From the NCBI RefSeq assembly GCF_001017655.1, contig NZ_CP010904.1, forward strand, positions 1,380,001 to 1,412,000: a DNA stretch of 32,000 nucleotides. Reading direction: 5' to 3'. A program made the position numbers and the translations under genes. The DNA comes from Kiritimatiella glycovorans. GTDB taxonomy: Bacteria; Verrucomicrobiota; Kiritimatiellia; Kiritimatiellales; Kiritimatiellaceae. The notes under the pieces were generated by a model. The model made no database searches and had not been told where the DNA came from. It was given only the letters and a program-made list of their open reading frames with translations. Positions 29,307 through 32,000 of the stretch are shown here, piece after piece; the stretch's first letter is position 1; each line of letters begins with the position of its first letter.

Positions 29307-32000
29307 CTATTGCTCGTTAAGCTGTCCCACCGGCAGGGTCGTCCGGCGCAAGACTGTACTCCCCATCGGAACGAGCGTCACCTCATCGTGTACATGGCCG
29401 AACCCGACCAGCAGTTTCCCGCGCAAGCGAACCGGAACGGATGTCCAGGGATCGTTCAGATCCGCCGCCTCGTCTCTCTCCACCTCGAACCCGAACGCCG
29501 GGCCCAGATTGCGATCAAAACAATATCCGTTCCATCGGTGGTGGAAATACGCCGGTTCAAAGTGATAATCGTGCAGCCCGCTCTCGCCCCACGTTTTAAC
29601 CGGGATCGCCTTTTCCGGGATCTTAAAGGCGTAGACGAGTGCGCCATGTGCGAGGGCCGTAAGACCGTCGACGCTCTCCACCGCCCGGATCGGCATCTCG
29701 AATTTCAGGGCAACTTCATCTCCGGGCATCCATTTCCGGTGAAGCCGGTAATAGCCATCGATCAGTTCCACCTCGGCGTCCGTATCGAAACGGATCTCCG
29801 GACACCATCCGGGTTTTCTTAACCACAGGTCGAAGGAGTGCGGCCGTTCCGGCGTCACGCGAATCAGCGCACGATTCGTGAAGGGGTAGCCGGTCTCCTC
29901 TTCGATCTCGACGTGCACTCCGTCGATCTCGGTCGCCAGACGGCTTGGGCCATAGGCCACGGCGGCCACCCCCGGTTTGTTTTCCGTCGCCATCCACATG
30001 TGCTGCACGTAGTAGGGTGCGATGCGAAACAGCATCAGCGTGCAGCACGGCGGGAAGTGACTCGGCGAATACTTGTATTTGTCGTGGGTGTGGTGCGGCA
30101 CGGTATTGATCGAGAGGCGGTTATCCGGGGTCAGATAACTGTGCGCCGTGCCGTCGGGCAGGCGGGCACCATGGGCGGCATTGAAAAACGCCGTCTCGGC
30201 GCGGTCGGCGTATGCCGGATCACCGGTCTTTTCGGCTGCGTAGAGCAGAGAAATCATAAGCTCGGTCGTGGTGCAGAACTCATACGCGAAGTCGGATCGC
30301 GCGTGGCGCCCGCCGATATCCTCATCGCCGCAGAGGCTGCCGCTGACCGAGCCATGGCGCTCCAGTTTGCGCAACGCGGCGTCGAAGGCGTCGCGGTAGA
30401 CGGGATCGCCGGTCCAGTACCACGCCCAGAGAGGGAAACGGAGATGCTCGGCGGTATGCACGCCGTGTCCCTGAAAGTCGAGATCCTCGTCGAGCAGATG
30501 ATGGACCTGCATATCGGTCCCGACCAACTGGGCGTTCGTCAGCGTATTGTAATCGTCGTAATAGAAGTGGCCGTAGTTGCGGTACACCTCCTCGCCCGTC
30601 GCCTTCCAGAGCAGCTCCATGATTTCGCCGTAGAGCAGGCCGTGAGTAATCCCGGCGCGCCGTCCGTATTTCGGTATGGGCGAATAATAGCGATGTTCCG
30701 GCGTGTAGGAGCGCATGGTGAGATTCGCCTCGCGCTCCACGGCACCGAGTACGTCCTCACGCCCGGTGGCCTGTGCGTAGGCGATCAGGCCCATGTTCAT
30801 CCAGGCCTTGGTCGGCATTTCGCCGGAAAGGGCTCGCGCATACCTGCGACCCGGCGGATAGATGCCGAGATATCCGTCCTCGTCCTGCGTCTCAAGGATG
30901 TGTTCGACCCACCGGTCGGCCTTGGCCCGCGCCGCCGTGTTATCGGAGAGATAAGCCATGCGGACCCGTGCATCGGTCCAGTATCCCTCGTGCGCGCCGT
31001 CCCAGTAGACCCCGTAGTGGCCCTGCTTTTCCGGGTTATCCCCGCGCGTGCCGAAAGCGTCGTTCTGTACCGTCCAGCTCAATTGATCAAACCAGGCGAA
31101 CGCCCCCTGCTCCACATCGCGATTGATCTGGGCTCTCAGCCAGCCGGAGGGCTGTACAGCGCCGAAGGGCAGCGCCCGAAAACGGGGCTCGGGCGGCGGG
31201 GTTTGTGGCGCGTAGGCCTCGTAGACCTGGAGATCGAACTCCGCGGGCGCGGACGACTTCGCCGAAGCTGTCGCGCGAAACGTGGCTTCCTCATCCTGAG
31301 GCTCACCCTCCATCAGGTTGAACTGATCACGCACGCCGTTGGACCAGCGCACTTCGTCTATCGCACCATTGAACGCACCGATGTTGGCAAAGCCGCCGAT
31401 GCCGATCTGACCCCGCCCGTCTGCATGGAGTCCCCGAATGCGCGGCGCGCGCACGGGGGAGCCGAGCGGCGAACCGGCGCGGGAGGGGATGTAGTCACGG
31501 CGCCGGGCGGGATCGGCGAAGAAGCGCACCTCGCCCTCGTGGTACGTCACGGCCAGGTGGACCCATCCCTGCCCGGCCAGGTCCAGGTGCGGCGAACGCA
31601 CCACGTGGTATACCCCTTCAGGCTCTTTCATGAACCCCAGTTGAAGCTCGCCCTCCCGGCCGTTGTAGATGAACTGTACCAGCGAGTCCCGGATCTCGTT
31701 CGGGCCGCCACCGTCGTCGATCCGCACCAGGCCCTGCAATCCCGGTCTCGGCCGATCAAGCCGTACCCAGGCTTCGATCGTGAACGAGGTGGTATCGAAT
31801 TCTTTGAGATTCGCCGTTTCGCCGCCGCGCTCAATCCTGCGGTCTCCTCCCGTGATGAGTGCGGAACCCAGGCCCGGAGGTCCTTCGGTCAAAATATCTC
31901 CGCCTTCGGGTATCAGAAGGTGGTTGGCCGCCGGGGAGCTATCCTGCAGTTCGCGACCCTCTACGGCATCGAAGTGGTACAGCGCCGCGGTCCTCTCATC
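29307..32000 (-). CDS. LamG/concanavalin-like domain fused to a GH127/GH146-like (DUF1680, beta-L-arabinofuranosidase-type) glycoside hydrolase; the 5' end lies beyond the right edge of the window
   Basis: The frame stays open upstream of the track's TTG at 31892 to base 32000 (hand translation DERTAALYHFDAVEGRELQDSSPAANHLLIPEGGDI-LTEGPPGLG...). The LamG pattern is FTIEAWVRL...WVHLAVTY. GH127-like Cys motifs are YEFCTTTELM (compare E-T-C) and FPPCCTLMLFR (compare CCP.N). Confidence 0.72.
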   Translation of the reverse strand, partial: DERTAALYHFDAVEGRELQDSSPAANHLLIPEGGDILTEGPPGLGSALITGGDRRIERGGETANLKEFDTTSFTIEAWVRLDRPRPGLQGLVRIDDGGGPNEIRDSLVQFIYNGREGELQLGFMKEPEGVYHVVRSPHLDLAGQGWVHLAVTYHEGEVRFFADPARRRDYIPSRAGSPLGSPVRAPRIRGLHADGRGQIGIGGFANIGAFNGAIDEVRWSNGVRDQFNLMEGEPQDEEATFRATASAKSSAPAEFDLQVYEAYAPQTPPPEPRFRALPFGAVQPSGWLRAQINRDVEQGAFAWFDQLSWTVQNDAFGTRGDNPEKQGHYGVYWDGAHEGYWTDARVRMAYLSDNTAARAKADRWVEHILETQDEDGYLGIYPPGRRYARALSGEMPTKAWMNMGLIAYAQATGREDVLGAVEREANLTMRSYTPEHRYYSPIPKYGRRAGITHGLLYGEIMELLWKATGEEVYRNYGHFYYDDYNTLTNAQLVGTDMQVHHLLDEDLDFQGHGVHTAEHLRFPLWAWYWTGDPVYRDAFDAALRKLERHGSVSGSLCGDEDIGGRHARSDFAYEFCTTTELMISLLYAAEKTGDPAYADRAETAFFNAAHGARLPDGTAHSYLTPDNRLSINTVPHHTHDKYKYSPSHFPPCCTLMLFRIAPYYVQHMWMATENKPGVAAVAYGPSRLATEIDGVHVEIEEETGYPFTNRALIRVTPERPHSFDLWLRKPGWCPEIRFDTDAEVELIDGYYRLHRKWMPGDEVALKFEMPIRAVESVDGLTALAHGALVYAFKIPEKAIPVKTWGESGLHDYHFEPAYFHHRWNGYCFDRNLGPAFGFEVERDEAADLNDPWTSVPVRLRGKLLVGFGHVHDEVTLVPMGSTVLRRTTLPVGQLNEQ

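Noticed and set aside
1-32000. Scan for CRISPR arrays, rRNA, IS elements/transposases, integrases, phage genes, retron- or DGR-like structures, and defence-system hallmarks.
   Set aside because: I found no regularly spaced direct repeats, no rRNA-like sequence, and no DDE/serine/tyrosine recombinase or reverse-transcriptase motifs in any frame I read. The only mobile-type element is the YefM/YoeB cassette.

Overview
This is a high-G+C (about 63-66% by eye) bacterial chromosomal window. Gene content and style suggest a PVC-group organism (Kiritimatiellota/Verrucomicrobiota-like), but that is inference only.

Layout:
- (i) 1-4861: one long minus-strand housekeeping block, tRNA-Gln > prs > ctc > pth > rpsF > ssb > rpsR > rplI > dnaB. 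dnaB runs off the left edge and is not in the supplied ORF track.
- (ii) 5029-8010: DUF985 cupin, metallophosphoesterase, ruvC, yebC.
- (iii) 8174-22171: a ~14-kb lipid A / LPS-core-type glycoconjugate locus. It holds an LpxL-family acyltransferase, an ELM1-like protein, two GT4, a CgeB-like GT, two GT9-like proteins and lpxK. Six predicted sulfotransferase genes are embedded in it. Four of these are diverged paralogues of one atypical family (H[VI]GYPK[CS]ASTYLQ).
- (iv) 22226-25724: trmB, a small membrane ORF, and a LemA + M48 metallopeptidase/TerB-like pair.
- (v) about 25.9-26.65 kb: a lower-G+C islet with a YefM/YoeB toxin-antitoxin cassette and a recognisable paired-palindrome operator.
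- (vi) 26649-32000: a glycan-uptake block with a URO-D/MtaA-like protein carrying an HxC...C zinc motif, an SSS symporter, and a LamG-GH127-like hydrolase that runs off the right edge.

The minus-strand operon lpxK > GT9 > ST > GT9-like > ST > ST > ST is chained by 4-nt and 8-nt start/stop overlaps. I rank this sulfotransferase-saturated lipid A/core locus as the best candidate for an undescribed system, namely a poly-sulfated lipo-oligosaccharide.

I saw no rRNA, CRISPR array, transposase or integrase. Many long ORFs in the track are antisense or out-of-frame artefacts typical of high-G+C DNA. The track also uses non-ATG starts, so several starts were re-derived by hand from SD sequences and family N-termini.
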